Source: Hydrogenophaga sp. (GTDB lineage: Bacteria; Pseudomonadota; Gammaproteobacteria; Burkholderiales; Burkholderiaceae_C). Taken from it: a DNA stretch of 64,000 bases. Below, one piece after another: positions 1 through 9,115 of this stretch; the first letter of the stretch is position 1; each line of letters opens with the position of its first letter. Under the pieces are notes generated by a model. It saw nothing but the letters and a program-made list of their open reading frames with translations. It did no database searches and was not told where the DNA came from. A program made the translations under genes and the position numbers. The DNA lies in contig NZ_JBLYYB010000011.1 of NCBI RefSeq assembly GCF_048549895.1, positions 7,617-71,616 of the forward strand, given 5' to 3'.

Positions 1-3000
1 CTGCAGCTTCTCCATCTGCTCTTCAAAGACGAAGTTGAAGGTGGAGCCCAGCAGGCCGCCGAAGGGCATCTGTTTCTCGGCCAGGCCACCGATCCACAGA
101 TCGATCGCGTCGACCCCGGTGATGGTGACCCCGCCGGGCCCGGCGGCGTAGTCGCCGGTGCTGTTGAGGAAGGCCAGGCGGTCGGCGTTGAAGGCGGTGG
201 CATCGGCCCCGGTCAGGGAGGGGTCGCCGAACACGAGGTTCATGGCGGCCGCGCGTTTGGCTTCCAGAGACGTCGCATTCAGGATGGTCACATGCGTACC
301 GTAGGCCGCGATGAAGTTGATCACCGAGGCCTCGTGTTTGAGGTTGTGCGTGAGGTCGATCCAGCTCGTGTAGGTCTTGATCTGGCTGTCACCGGTCACG
401 TTGTAGAAGTCGCTCCGCGCCGCATTCAAGTTCGGCACGCCCGAGTCGCGGCCCCGCATGATGTTGATGGCGGCGAGGTCCAGCGGCAGGCCCAGCAGGT
501 TGTTGCGCAGGGCTTCGGTCACGAACTCGTCGATCTCGTTGCCCTGCTGCCGGGTGAGGCCGCGCACCAGGGCGCCGGCCGCTTCGTCTGCAGACGGGCC
601 GCTGGCGGCGAACTCGAGCGGGTTCAGGAAGGCCGCGACCAGACCGAGTTGCTGCTCCGGGTTCGCCGAGTTGGGGTCGCCGATCACGTTGAAGCTGGGA
701 TCAAAGCGGTCCACCGTCTCGGTCAGCATGGAGTGGCCGAAGCGGTACACCGTGTGGGCGAACTCCGCCACGATGGACGGGTCGATCTCGGTGTCGTAGA
801 CCTGCGTGGCGGCAAAGAAGATGTCCACCTGCGGCTGCACCTTGCGCGCGAACTCCTCGAACACCAGGTGCTGGTATTGCATCTCGGTGCCGAAGCGGGC
901 CGCCTGGAACAGGCGCTCGCCGTTCCACGAACCGTCGGGCAACTGCCAGTGGGCGATGAAGGCCGGGTCGCCCGAGGCCAGGATCACGGCCTTCGTGTGT
1001 TCCACCAGCCGGTTGTGCTCGGCGTGGAACACGTGGTGCACGGCCGTCAGCGCGATGTTCTCGTTGACCCGCCCGTCGCCCGCCATGTAGTGCGCGTCGA
1101 GCAGTTCGTCGTCGTAGGTGCCCGCAGCGGGTGCGCCGCCAATGACCGAGTCGGCATCGGCGGTCAGCGGTGCACCGGTCTGGCCATTGACCGGGGCGGC
1201 ACTGTGCGCAATGTCGTCCAGGAAGGCGTGGCCGGCGCGCACGGCAGCGCTCGCATCGATGGGCGCGCCCGGCGTTCCCGAGGCCAGGCCGTTGCCGTCC
1301 AGATCCAGCGGCCCGCCGATCTGGTCGGCCCTCAGCACGATTTGTGCAAAGCCGGTGACCGGGTCGGGGATGAACTTGCCGTAGGCGTCGGTGGCCAGCA
1401 GCGGCAGGTTGAGCACGTCGAGGTCGTCGAGCTCGATGCCGAGCAGGTCGCGGGCCTGCGCCTTGACGATGGCCCAGGTGGACATGCCGCCGAGGTCGAC
1501 GTCGTTGCCGTTGCCGAACACGCCGTCGACCAGGTCGCGGTTGGTGATCAGGCGGCCGGTGGCGACCGGTTCACCCGCTGCGTTGAGTTGGTATTCGCGC
1601 AGGAACACCTGGTGCGAGGGGTGCGAGGTGTAGGTCTGGTTCTGGTCGACAAAGGGCGTGGTGCCGTTGTGGGCCTCGTGCGTGGTGTCGTCCAGGCTTT
1701 CGTCCACATCGAGCGTGAGCGGATCGTCGCCGAGCACACCGTCGGCGCCCGGGCCGTCGAACTGCGTAGCGCGCGTGAGCACCAGGAAGTTGGGTGCGCC
1801 GGGTGCCGGGTTGTAGAGCGGGTCGTCCGGCTGCAGCGGCACGAAGATGGTGCCGTTGCCGCCCTTGCTCACCAGGTCGAGACCGTGGTCGAAGAACTGA
1901 CCGAAGAAGGTCATGAACGGGTTGAAGGGTGCAGACAGACCTTCGTCCGGCGCGGTGTTCGGGATGAAAAACACCTCCCGGTCGTCGGCAGTGCCGAAGA
2001 TGCCGTCCAGGCCGGGACTCATGACGGTCTCGGCCCCCAGGCCGGCGGCCGCCGGGTTGCTGGCGGTCTGGTCGACGATCAGGTTGGAGATGATGCGCGG
2101 GTCGGCATCCACCACGTGCGAGTCGCTGCCGTAGTCGGTGTTGGTGAGCACACCGCCGGGGCCCAGGTTGATCTGGTCACCGTCCTGGTCGTTCAGGAAG
2201 ACCGGGTCGACCAGCCGGGGGAACAGCGTGTCGGCCGCACCGAAGTCGGTCTGGCCCTGCACCAGGTTGTTGTAGCTGCCGTCGACCGTGCGCAGGCCGA
2301 AGGCCACGCGCGAGTTCGGCAGGATGTCGGACAGTGATTCACCGGCCGCGTGCCGTTCCGAGACGACGATCTGGTCGAGGATGAACTGCAGGTCGGCGCG
2401 GATGAAACGCACGCCTTCGCTGGCCACCAGGCCCTCGGCTGGCAACGGGGCGGGAGGCGCCACGACGACACTGCCGGTGACCGGCGCGGTGGGCGCCGAG
2501 AACACGTTTTCCAGCACGCCGTTGTCGTCCTGGTAGACCGCCCGAACGCGCAGGGCCAGCCCGCTGAGCTCAGGCGTCACCCGGAAGGAAGTCCCGTCGG
2601 CGGTGGCGGGCTGGTTGCCGCCCACGTCGACGATGTCGCGGAAGACGCCGGGCGCCCGAACCGGGTCCGACTCGACCTGCCAGACGTAAGCCACCGGACG
2701 CCCGGCCAGCGTGCCACCCGCGAGGTCGGCATCGGCGATGCCCGCGGCCGACACGGTCAACAACTGGTTGATCGAGGGCGTGTCGTCGCTGATGGTGAGC
2801 GAGCCCACGGGCTCGCTGTTGAGCCCGGGCACCAGCACGACCGATTCATCGGAAAACTGCAGCCGCTCGATGTTTCTCAGCGTGTCGGTGCCGTCGGTGC
2901 CATCGTTGGTGCCCACGTTGTCCGTGACGGTGGTGGTGCCTTCGAGCGAGGTGGTCACGGTGTAGTTGGCGCGTGGGCCGGAGAACACGGCGGTGTCGAA

Positions 3001-6000
3001 GTCCGGGCCGTCCGCCATGTTGATTTCGCGCACGATGCTGAGCTGGCTCGGGTTGATCTGGCCCGAGAGCATGTAGGGCATGAGGTCCTTCATGCTGTCC
3101 ACCGTGTCGGGCAGGCCGGGCGGCGGGTTGCTGATGGCGATGCGCACGTTGAGCCAGGCGTCGCCGTCGATGATGTCGTTGCCGCCGCGCCCCTCGATGA
3201 TGTCGCTGCCGTCGCCGCCGAGGATGATGTTGCCGGCGCCGAACGAGGTCATGCCCTCGGGCAGGATCGCCTGCAGCCCGTTGATCAGGGCGATGTTGGT
3301 GAGCACGCTGCCGTGGGCGCCGGCCTGGAGGATCTCGGTGGCGTCGGCGTCGTCGCCGCGCAGCACGTCGGCGAAGCCCGAGCCCGACAGACCTTCGGTG
3401 AACGCGAAGCGGTCCATGATGCCGGCGGCCGACGGCGCCACGGGTGGTTCGATCAGGTCGTTGACGATCATGTCCGCCGTCACGCCGTACTTGTCGAACT
3501 TGTAGCTGGCCCAGTCGAAGCCGGAGCCGCCGTCGAAGTGGTCCTCGCCGTCGGAGCCGGTGAAGATGTCGTCGCCGCCTTCACCGATGAGCTCGTCGAA
3601 GCCGCCGCCGGAGATCAACACATCGTTGCCGATGATGTTGTCCCGAAAGAGCGGGTCGGAGCTGTCACCGGTGGTGCCGTCCTGGGTGCCGAGCTCGATC
3701 CAGTCGTGACCTTCGTTGCCCAGGGTCGGCAGGTTGCCCTTGCTGCCCAGGATGAAGTCGTTGCCCTGGCCGGCGAAGACTTCGGACACGTCCTCACCCG
3801 TGATGATGAAGTCGCTGCCGTCGCCGCCGATGATCAGGTTGAAGCCGTTGCCGCCGTGGATGACGTCGTTGCCCTCGTTGCCCTTGAGCACGTCGTCGCC
3901 GCCGCGGTCGGTGATGATGTCGTCGCCCGCGCCGCCCTCGACGTTGTCGTTGCCGTCGCCCCCTTCAAGCCGGTCGTTGCCGCCGTCGCCCCACAGCGTG
4001 TCGTCACCGATGCTGGCGATCAGGGTGTCGTTGCCGGCGGTGCCGCCGAGCACCACGTGGTCGCCACCGGTGTACTGGAGGTAGTTCGCATCAACCCCCG
4101 GCGTGCCCGGGTTGTCGCGGATCACCAGCGGGATGAGGGAGGAGCCGTCACCCACCGGATCGTCGTTGAAGTCCGCACCCAGCCCGGTGAACTGGTTCGC
4201 CTGGTTGACCTCCAGCGTGAAGCCCGGGGTCGAGAAGATGTCGGCGGGCAGGTGCGTGTTGTCGGTGTTGAGCATCACCAGCTTGGCGAACGAGTTGTTC
4301 TCCATCTCGGTGAGGAAGTTCAGGCCCGCCAGTCGCGAGAGGTAGTAGAAGCGGTCGCCGTTCTGCAGCGCCTCCATCTGGCTCTCGAAGACGAAGTTGA
4401 AGGTGGAGCCCAGCATGCCGCCGAACGGCATGGTCTTCTCGGCCAGGCCGCCGATCCACAGGTCGATGGCATCAACGCCGGTGATGGTGACGCCGTTCGC
4501 ACCGCTGGCGTAGGCGCCGGTGCTGTTGAGGAAAGCCAGGCGATCGTCTTCATCGGCGACGAAGGTGCGCTCGTCCGGCGTGCCTTCGTTGATGACCGCA
4601 TTGCCACCGAACACGAGTGCAGCGGCCACGGCACGCTTCTCTGCCAGCGTGTCGACATCGGCGGCGTTGAGCGCGGTGTGCACGCCGTAGCCCGCGATGA
4701 AGTTGAGCACCGAGGCCTCGTGCTTGAGGTTCTGGGTCAGGTCGACCCAGCTGGTGTAGGGCTTGAGCTGCGGGTCGGCGGTGGTCTGGTAGAACTCGCG
4801 CCGCGCGGCGTTGAGCGTGGGCACGCCGGTGTCGCGGCCGCGCGCGATGTTGATCGCCGCCAGATCCAGCGGCAGGCCGAGCAGGCTGTTGCGCAGCGAG
4901 TCGGTCACGAACTCGTCAATGGCGTTGCCCACCTGGCGCGTCATGCCTCGCACGATGGCGCCGGCCGCTGCTTCGGGGCTGAGCGTGCCGTTTTCGTTGA
5001 ATTCGAGCGGGTTGAGGAAGGCGCTGATCAGCGAGATGTCGTTCGGCACGAAATCGGGCGAGAGCCGGTCCACCGACTCGGTCAGCATCGAATGCCCGAC
5101 GCGGAAGACCGCGTGCGCGAACTCGGCCACGATGGCCGGGTTGATCGTGGTGTCGTAGTTGGTCTCGGGCAGGAAGGCGTCGACGGCCGGCTGCATCTTG
5201 CGGGCGAACTCTTCGAACACCAGGTGCTGGTACTGCATTTCGGTGGCGAAGCGGGCGGCCTGGAAGAGGCGTTCACCGTTCCACGAGCCGTCGGGTAACT
5301 GCCACGAGGCGATGAACGCGGCATCGCCGGTGGCCAGCACGGTGGCCTTGATCTCTTCGGCCTGGCGGTTGTGCTCGGAATGGAACACGTGGTGCACGGC
5401 GGTCAGCGCGATGTTCTCGTTGCCACGCCCGTCGCCGGTGATGAAGTGGCGCTCGAGCAGTTCGTTGTCGTAGGTGCCCACCGGTTGCGCCCCGACGTTG
5501 ATGTCGCCGTCGTCATCGGCCACGAGGCCGGCGTTGGGGGCCGCGTTGTGCGCGATGTCGTTCAGGAACGCATGGCCGGTGCGAACGCCCAGGCTGGCGT
5601 CGATCGGCGTGCCCGGGGAGCCCGAAGCCAGCCCATTGCCGTCGGGGTCCAGCGGGCCGCCCACCTGGTCGGGCCGCAGCACGATCTGCGCGAAGCCGGT
5701 GACCGGGTCGGGGATGAATTTGCCGTAGGCGTCGGTGGCCAGCAGCGGCACGTCAAGCACGTCGGCGTCGTCCAGGGCAATGCCGAGCATGGCCAGGGCC
5801 TGCGCCTTGACCTCGGCCCAGTTGGCCAGGCCGCTGTCGGCACCGTCGAGCAGATTTCCGGTGGCCACCGGCCGGCCGCTGGCATTCAGTGCGTACTCGC
5901 GCAGAAAGACCTGGTGCGACGCGTGCGAGGTGTAGGTCTGGTTCTGGTCGACGAAGGGCGTCGTCTGGTTGGTCTGGTCGCCGTTGGCGTCCCGCGTGGC

Positions 6001-6648
6001 GCGCGAGACCACCATGAAATTGGTCGGGCTGCCCTCGACATACAGCGGGTCGTCGGGCTGCAGCGGAATGAAGATGTTCTCCACGCTGCTCTTGTTGACC
6101 AGGTCCAGGCCGTGGTCGAAGAACTGGCCGAAGAAGGTGAACCACGAGTTGAACGGCGCCGAGAGGCCTTCGTCGGGCGCCACGTTCGGAATGGTCAGCA
6201 GCGTGCCGGGAGGAATCACGTTGCCGTCGAGATCCAGCAGGGCGCCGTCGCTCTCGCGGATGGTTCCCAGCCCGGCGCTCACAAAGGCGCTGACCGCGGC
6301 CGGGTTGTTGCTGGTCATGTCGGCGATCAGGTTGCTGATGATGCGCGGATCGGCATCGGCCACGTTGCCGCTGGTGCCGTAGTTGGTGTTGGTGACCGGA
6401 CCGAAGGTGTCCCCGTCGGCGTCGTCCGGGTACAGCGCGTCCACCATCTGCGGAAAGGGCTGGTCCGCGGCGCCATGGTTGGTCTGCCCGGGAATCAGGT
6501 TGTTGTAGGTGCCATCGACCGTGCGCAGGCCGAAGGGCGCAAAGGTGTTCGGCAACAGGCTCGTCAAGTCTGCGCCGGCAACATGCGCCTCGGAAATGAG
6601 GATCTGCTGGAGGATGAATTCGAGATCGGACCGTATCAGGCTGGCCAT
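1..6648 (-). CDS. Giant secreted heme peroxidase of the peroxidase-cyclooxygenase superfamily ('long peroxicin'). Two animal-heme-peroxidase domains are separated by RTX repeats. The 3' end lies beyond the window (at least 2216 codons).
   Basis: I translated the minus strand myself. ATG at 6648-6646 is preceded by GAGGGG, and the frame stays open to position 1, so there is no stop in the window and the ORF is missing from the track. Motifs occur twice: FFGQFFDHGLDL (distal His), FRVGHSML / YRFGHSML (proximal His) and DLWIGGLAEK..GSTFNFVFE. GDRFYY follows the first copy. GGxGxD nonapeptides are also present. Confidence 0.85.
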   Translation of the reverse strand, partial: MASLIRSDLEFILQQILISEAHVAGADLTSLLPNTFAPFGLRTVDGTYNNLIPGQTNHGAADQPFPQMVDALYPDDADGDTFGPVTNTNYGTSGNVADADPRIISNLIADMTSNNPAAVSAFVSAGLGTIRESDGALLDLDGNVIPPGTLLTIPNVAPDEGLSAPFNSWFTFFGQFFDHGLDLVNKSSVENIFIPLQPDDPLYVEGSPTNFMVVSRATRDANGDQTNQTTPFVDQNQTYTSHASHQVFLREYALNASGRPVATGNLLDGADSGLANWAEVKAQALAMLGIALDDADVLDVPLLATDAYGKFIPDPVTGFAQIVLRPDQVGGPLDPDGNGLASGSPGTPIDASLGVRTGHAFLNDIAHNAAPNAGLVADDDGDINVGAQPVGTYDNELLERHFITGDGRGNENIALTAVHHVFHSEHNRQAEEIKATVLATGDAAFIASWQLPDGSWNGERLFQAARFATEMQYQHLVFEEFARKMQPAVDAFLPETNYDTTINPAIVAEFAHAVFRVGHSMLTESVDRLSPDFVPNDISLISAFLNPLEFNENGTLSPEAAAGAIVRGMTRQVGNAIDEFVTDSLRNSLLGLPLDLAAINIARGRDTGVPTLNAARREFYQTTADPQLKPYTSWVDLTQNLKHEASVLNFIAGYGVHTALNAADVDTLAEKRAVAAALVFGGNAVINEGTPDERTFVADEDDRLAFLNSTGAYASGANGVTITGVDAIDLWIGGLAEKTMPFGGMLGSTFNFVFESQMEALQNGDRFYYLSRLAGLNFLTEMENNSFAKLVMLNTDNTHLPADIFSTPGFTLEVNQANQFTGLGADFNDDPVGDGSSLIPLVIRDNPGTPGVDANYLQYTGGDHVVLGGTAGNDTLIASIGDDTLWGDGGNDRLEGGDGNDNVEGGAGDDIITDRGGDDVLKGNEGNDVIHGGNGFNLIIGGDGSDFIITGEDVSEVFAGQGNDFILGSKGNLPTLGNEGHDWIELGTQDGTTGDSSDPLFRDNIIGNDVLISGGGFDELIGEGGDDIFTGSDGEDHFDGGSGFDWASYKFDKYGVTADMIVNDLIEPPVAPSAAGIMDRFAFTEGLSGSGFADVLRGDDADATEILQAGAHGSVLTNIALINGLQAILPEGMTSFGAGNIILGGDGSDIIEGRGGNDIIDGDAWLNVRIAISNPPPGLPDTVDSMKDLMPYMLSGQINPSQLSIVREINMADGPDFDTAVFSGPRANYTVTTSLEGTTTVTDNVGTNDGTDGTDTLRNIERLQFSDESVVLVPGLNSEPVGSLTISDDTPSINQLLTVSAAGIADADLAGGTLAGRPVAYVWQVESDPVRAPGVFRDIVDVGGNQPATADGTSFRVTPELSGLALRVRAVYQDDNGVLENVFSAPTAPVTGSVVVAPPAPLPAEGLVASEGVRFIRADLQFILDQIVVSERHAAGESLSDILPNSRVAFGLRTVDGSYNNLVQGQTDFGAADTLFPRLVDPVFLNDQDGDQINLGPGGVLTNTDYGSDSHVVDADPRIISNLIVDQTASNPAAAGLGAETVMSPGLDGIFGTADDREVFFIPNTAPDEGLSAPFNPFMTFFGQFFDHGLDLVSKGGNGTIFVPLQPDDPLYNPAPGAPNFLVLTRATQFDGPGADGVLGDDPLTLDVDESLDDTTHEAHNGTTPFVDQNQTYTSHPSHQVFLREYQLNAAGEPVATGRLITNRDLVDGVFGNGNDVDLGGMSTWAIVKAQARDLLGIELDDLDVLNLPLLATDAYGKFIPDPVTGFAQIVLRADQIGGPLDLDGNGLASGTPGAPIDASAAVRAGHAFLDDIAHSAAPVNGQTGAPLTADADSVIGGAPAAGTYDDELLDAHYMAGDGRVNENIALTAVHHVFHAEHNRLVEHTKAVILASGDPAFIAHWQLPDGSWNGERLFQAARFGTEMQYQHLVFEEFARKVQPQVDIFFAATQVYDTEIDPSIVAEFAHTVYRFGHSMLTETVDRFDPSFNVIGDPNSANPEQQLGLVAAFLNPLEFAASGPSADEAAGALVRGLTRQQGNEIDEFVTEALRNNLLGLPLDLAAINIMRGRDSGVPNLNAARSDFYNVTGDSQIKTYTSWIDLTHNLKHEASVINFIAAYGTHVTILNATSLEAKRAAAMNLVFGDPSLTGADATAFNADRLAFLNSTGDYAAGPGGVTITGVDAIDLWIGGLAEKQMPFGGLLGSTFNFVFEEQMEKLQ
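3158..4072 (-). repeat. Hemolysin-type Ca2+-binding (RTX, GGxGxD nonapeptide) repeat blocks inside the peroxidase ORF
   Basis: Minus-strand translation gives YTGGDHVVLGGTAGNDTLIASIGDDTLWGDGGNDRLEGGDGNDNVEGGAGDDIITDRGGDDVLKGNEGNDVIHGGNG ... GGGFDELIGEGGDDIFTGSDGEDHFDGGSGFD ... ILGGDGSDIIEGRGGNDIIDGDAW. Confidence 0.85.
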
Positions 6649-6999
6649 GGTGTTCCCCTCAAATGACGTCAAACAATCTGCCCGGGATGCGACCCATGGA
6701 GGCTGTGCCTCCTGGCGTCGGGCCAGGGCAAGCGTGGGGCTGGCGAGCGCCAGCCAAAAACCTGTCGGGAGGAAAAGAGAGATGCACAGCGCGACCCGGG
6801 GGTCTTCCCGGTGAGAAGACGCGGGTCAAGCCGGGGGCTGTGATCTCAGAGGGGTGCCCGTCGTCGCACGCGCGCGCGGGTGAAGGCGGACGTCTTGCGA
6901 ACGCCGCCGAGAGGCGGATGGATGGTTGTCGGCAACTCGCGCGGCATGTCGGCACAGGGCGATTGCGACCGGTGCGACATGGGGTTCGGATTCGGGCCT

Positions 7000-7028
7000 T
7001 GCATATGCTCCTCCGTCGTTCTTGTCAA
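7000..7028 (-). promoter_or_regulatory. Candidate sigma70 promoter for the peroxidase gene (TTGACA-N17-TATGCA)
   Basis: On the minus strand, TTGACA lies at 7028-7023 and TATGCA at 7005-7000 with a 17-nt spacer. A second weaker candidate (TTGCAC-N17-TACATT) sits in the AT-rich patch near 7120-7160. This is pattern match only. Confidence 0.25.
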
Positions 7029-7231
7029 CGCGAAATGAACATCGGCGCGCCGTGGGGTCGTTGGCTCCTGGGAGCTCGGCTGATCGGTGGTCGACTCTCT
7101 GGCAATGTTATCGCCAGGGCACAGAATGTATAAGAAACGTAAAAAAGGTGCAAGTCATTTTCTGAACAAACTTAACTTTTTCAGCTTTATATGAAGAAAA
7201 AAGAGTGCACAGGCATCCGCGCCGACACACC

Positions 7232-7657
7232 TCAGGAATCTGAATCCGACTCCTGCGCGCGCGCCAGAAGAACAACGACAACGACCCCGACCAGCACTGC
7301 AACCAGGGCGATGAAGTTCCACGCGATACCGACGCCTGGGGAGAAATTCTCGGCCTGGCCGGATACCCTGGAGGGCTGGCGGTCGGCCTGCAAAAGCGGG
7401 TTGAAAATCGCCGATCCGAGCTCGGTATTACCTCTTGTTGCAAGGTTTTCTGTCGAAGGCGCAGGGGCCTGGGTAGCGACACTGTGGTCCGGGTGGTTTT
7501 CGTCGGTCAGGAGGCTCGCGGGTACTTCCGCCGTGATGACTTCGATGACCGAAACCGGAGCCGCCTGAAAGTCGGCGTGTGCTGGAGCGACCGCGCAAAG
7601 CACGGTGGAAATCCACAAGATCGTGGTCCGGACGTCGCATCCGTCGATGTGTCTCAT
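7232..7657 (-). CDS. Hypothetical small exported protein with an N-terminal signal peptide and a C-terminal hydrophobic anchor
   Basis: 141-aa ORF. The N-terminus ILWISTVLCAVAPAHA|D looks like a Sec signal with an AxA site. The C-terminus GIAWNFIALVAVLVGVVVVVLLARAQ is a TM helix followed by an acidic tail. I recognise no family and the SD is weak. Confidence 0.45.
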   Translation of the reverse strand: MRHIDGCDVRTTILWISTVLCAVAPAHADFQAAPVSVIEVITAEVPASLLTDENHPDHSVATQAPAPSTENLATRGNTELGSAIFNPLLQADRQPSRVSGQAENFSPGVGIAWNFIALVAVLVGVVVVVLLARAQESDSDS

Positions 7658-7851
7658 GGCAAAGTTCCGGATGTTGATTGTGGAGAGAAAAGTTAGACCA
7701 ACTCAGGCGAAAAGCCTAAGTTTTCAAGACCTGAAGAAGGCAAAGTGGTCCAGATCTGACGGGCGAATCAACTCGTTTGCGGTGTGGCGTTCGTCAGCAC
7801 GCCTCCTTGGGTGGTGCAGCGGTTTTCACGGTGTTGGTCTCCTTGGCTGGC

Positions 7852-9102
7852 TCATGAGGGCTCTGCCGCGTAGATGTGGCGCCGGTTGAAGGGGTAGTCC
7901 GACTGGGCTCCCCGCAACGGTGTGTTGTTCATCACGCCGGTGGGGCGCGAGGCCAGCAGCTGGTGGATCGAGATCCAGCCGCGTTCGAACGCCACGGCAC
8001 AACCGGCGAGGTACAGCCGGTACGCGCGCACCGTGGCGTTGCTGGTGAGTTCGCGTGCGCGATCCAGCTGGTTCTCCAGCGCGCTCGACCAGGCCCACAA
8101 GGTGCGGGCGTAGTGGGGCCGCAGGTTTTCGGCATCCAGCAGCTCCAGGCCGCAGGCACTCAGGCTGCGCGCCACGCGCGACACGTGCACCAGTTCGCCG
8201 CCGGGGAAGATGTGTTTGTCGATGAAGTCGCCCAGGCCGGCGCCGAGCTGGTGGTTGTCGACACCGCCGGCGGTGATGCCGTGGTTGAGCAGCAGGCCTC
8301 CGGGCTTGAGCAGCCGCTGCAGCCGGCCGAAGTAGCCGTCGAGCTGGGCGCTGCCCACGTGTTCGAACATGCCGACCGAGGCAATGCGGTCGAAACGTGC
8401 CACGGGCGGCAAATCGCGGTAGTCGAGCAGGCGCATGGTCACCCGGTCGCGCAGGCCCTTTTCGTCGATCAGGCGGTTCACATGGGCGTGCTGGTGGCGC
8501 GAGAGCGTGATGCCCATGGCGTGCACGCCGTGGTGCTCGGCGGCCCACAGCAGCAGCCCGCCCCAGCCCGCGCCGATGTCCAGGAACAGCTGGCCGGGCT
8601 CCAGCTGAAGCTTGCGGCAGATGTGTTCGAGCTTGGCTTCCTGCGCTTGCGCCAGCGTCATGTCGTTGCGTTCGTAGTAGGCGCACGAATACACCCGCAG
8701 CGGGTCGAGCCAGAGCGCAAAGAACTCGTCGCTCAGGTCGTAGTGAAAGCGCACCTGCTCTGCGTCCCTGTGGGGGCGGTGCAGCCAGCGCGAGCGCAGG
8801 TGCTGCAGCAGCTGGGCACACGGGTGGACACGGCCCAGGCCCACCGGGTCGCCGGCCAGCTCGGCGGCGATCTCCACCGCCTCGCGCAGGTTGCCTTCGA
8901 TTTCCAGGTCGCCGCCCACATAGGCGTCGGCCAGGGTGCCGATGTGGCCGCTGACCAGCCACTTGAGTTGCTGGGTGTCGTTCACCTTCAGGCACACCGG
9001 TGCGTCGGCGGCACCCGCGCGGCCACCGGGCCACTGCAGCGCCAGCGGGCGCGAGAGTTGCCCGATGCGCGACTCGATCAGGGACGGCAGGATGAGTTGC
9101 AT
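7852..9102 (-). CDS. cfa: Cyclopropane-fatty-acyl-phospholipid synthase family SAM-dependent methyltransferase
   Basis: Motifs HYDLSDEFFALWLDP..YSCAYY, the SAM motif LDIGAGWGGL, and MFEHVG. The start is taken at MQLILPSL (9102), 13 nt after the upstream crp-like stop. The track ORF extends to 9159. Confidence 0.85.
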   Translation of the reverse strand: MQLILPSLIESRIGQLSRPLALQWPGGRAGAADAPVCLKVNDTQQLKWLVSGHIGTLADAYVGGDLEIEGNLREAVEIAAELAGDPVGLGRVHPCAQLLQHLRSRWLHRPHRDAEQVRFHYDLSDEFFALWLDPLRVYSCAYYERNDMTLAQAQEAKLEHICRKLQLEPGQLFLDIGAGWGGLLLWAAEHHGVHAMGITLSRHQHAHVNRLIDEKGLRDRVTMRLLDYRDLPPVARFDRIASVGMFEHVGSAQLDGYFGRLQRLLKPGGLLLNHGITAGGVDNHQLGAGLGDFIDKHIFPGGELVHVSRVARSLSACGLELLDAENLRPHYARTLWAWSSALENQLDRARELTSNATVRAYRLYLAGCAVAFERGWISIHQLLASRPTGVMNNTPLRGAQSDYPFNRRHIYAAEPS

Positions 9103-9115
9103 GGTGTCGATCCGT

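Noticed and set aside
292-6666. Long plus-strand ORFs from the track (292-2337, 2350-5298, 5371-6666; 431-982 aa)
   Set aside because: They lie antisense to the peroxidase ORF. Their translations are the V/G/D/H/R/A-rich low-information strings typical of shadow frames in high-GC DNA and contain no recognisable motif. The minus frame carries clear peroxidase and RTX motifs.
6663-7133. 156-aa plus-strand ORF in the peroxidase leader
   Set aside because: It has no SD and a Gly/Arg/Pro-rich composition with no motif. It is most likely a chance ORF in GC-rich non-coding DNA.
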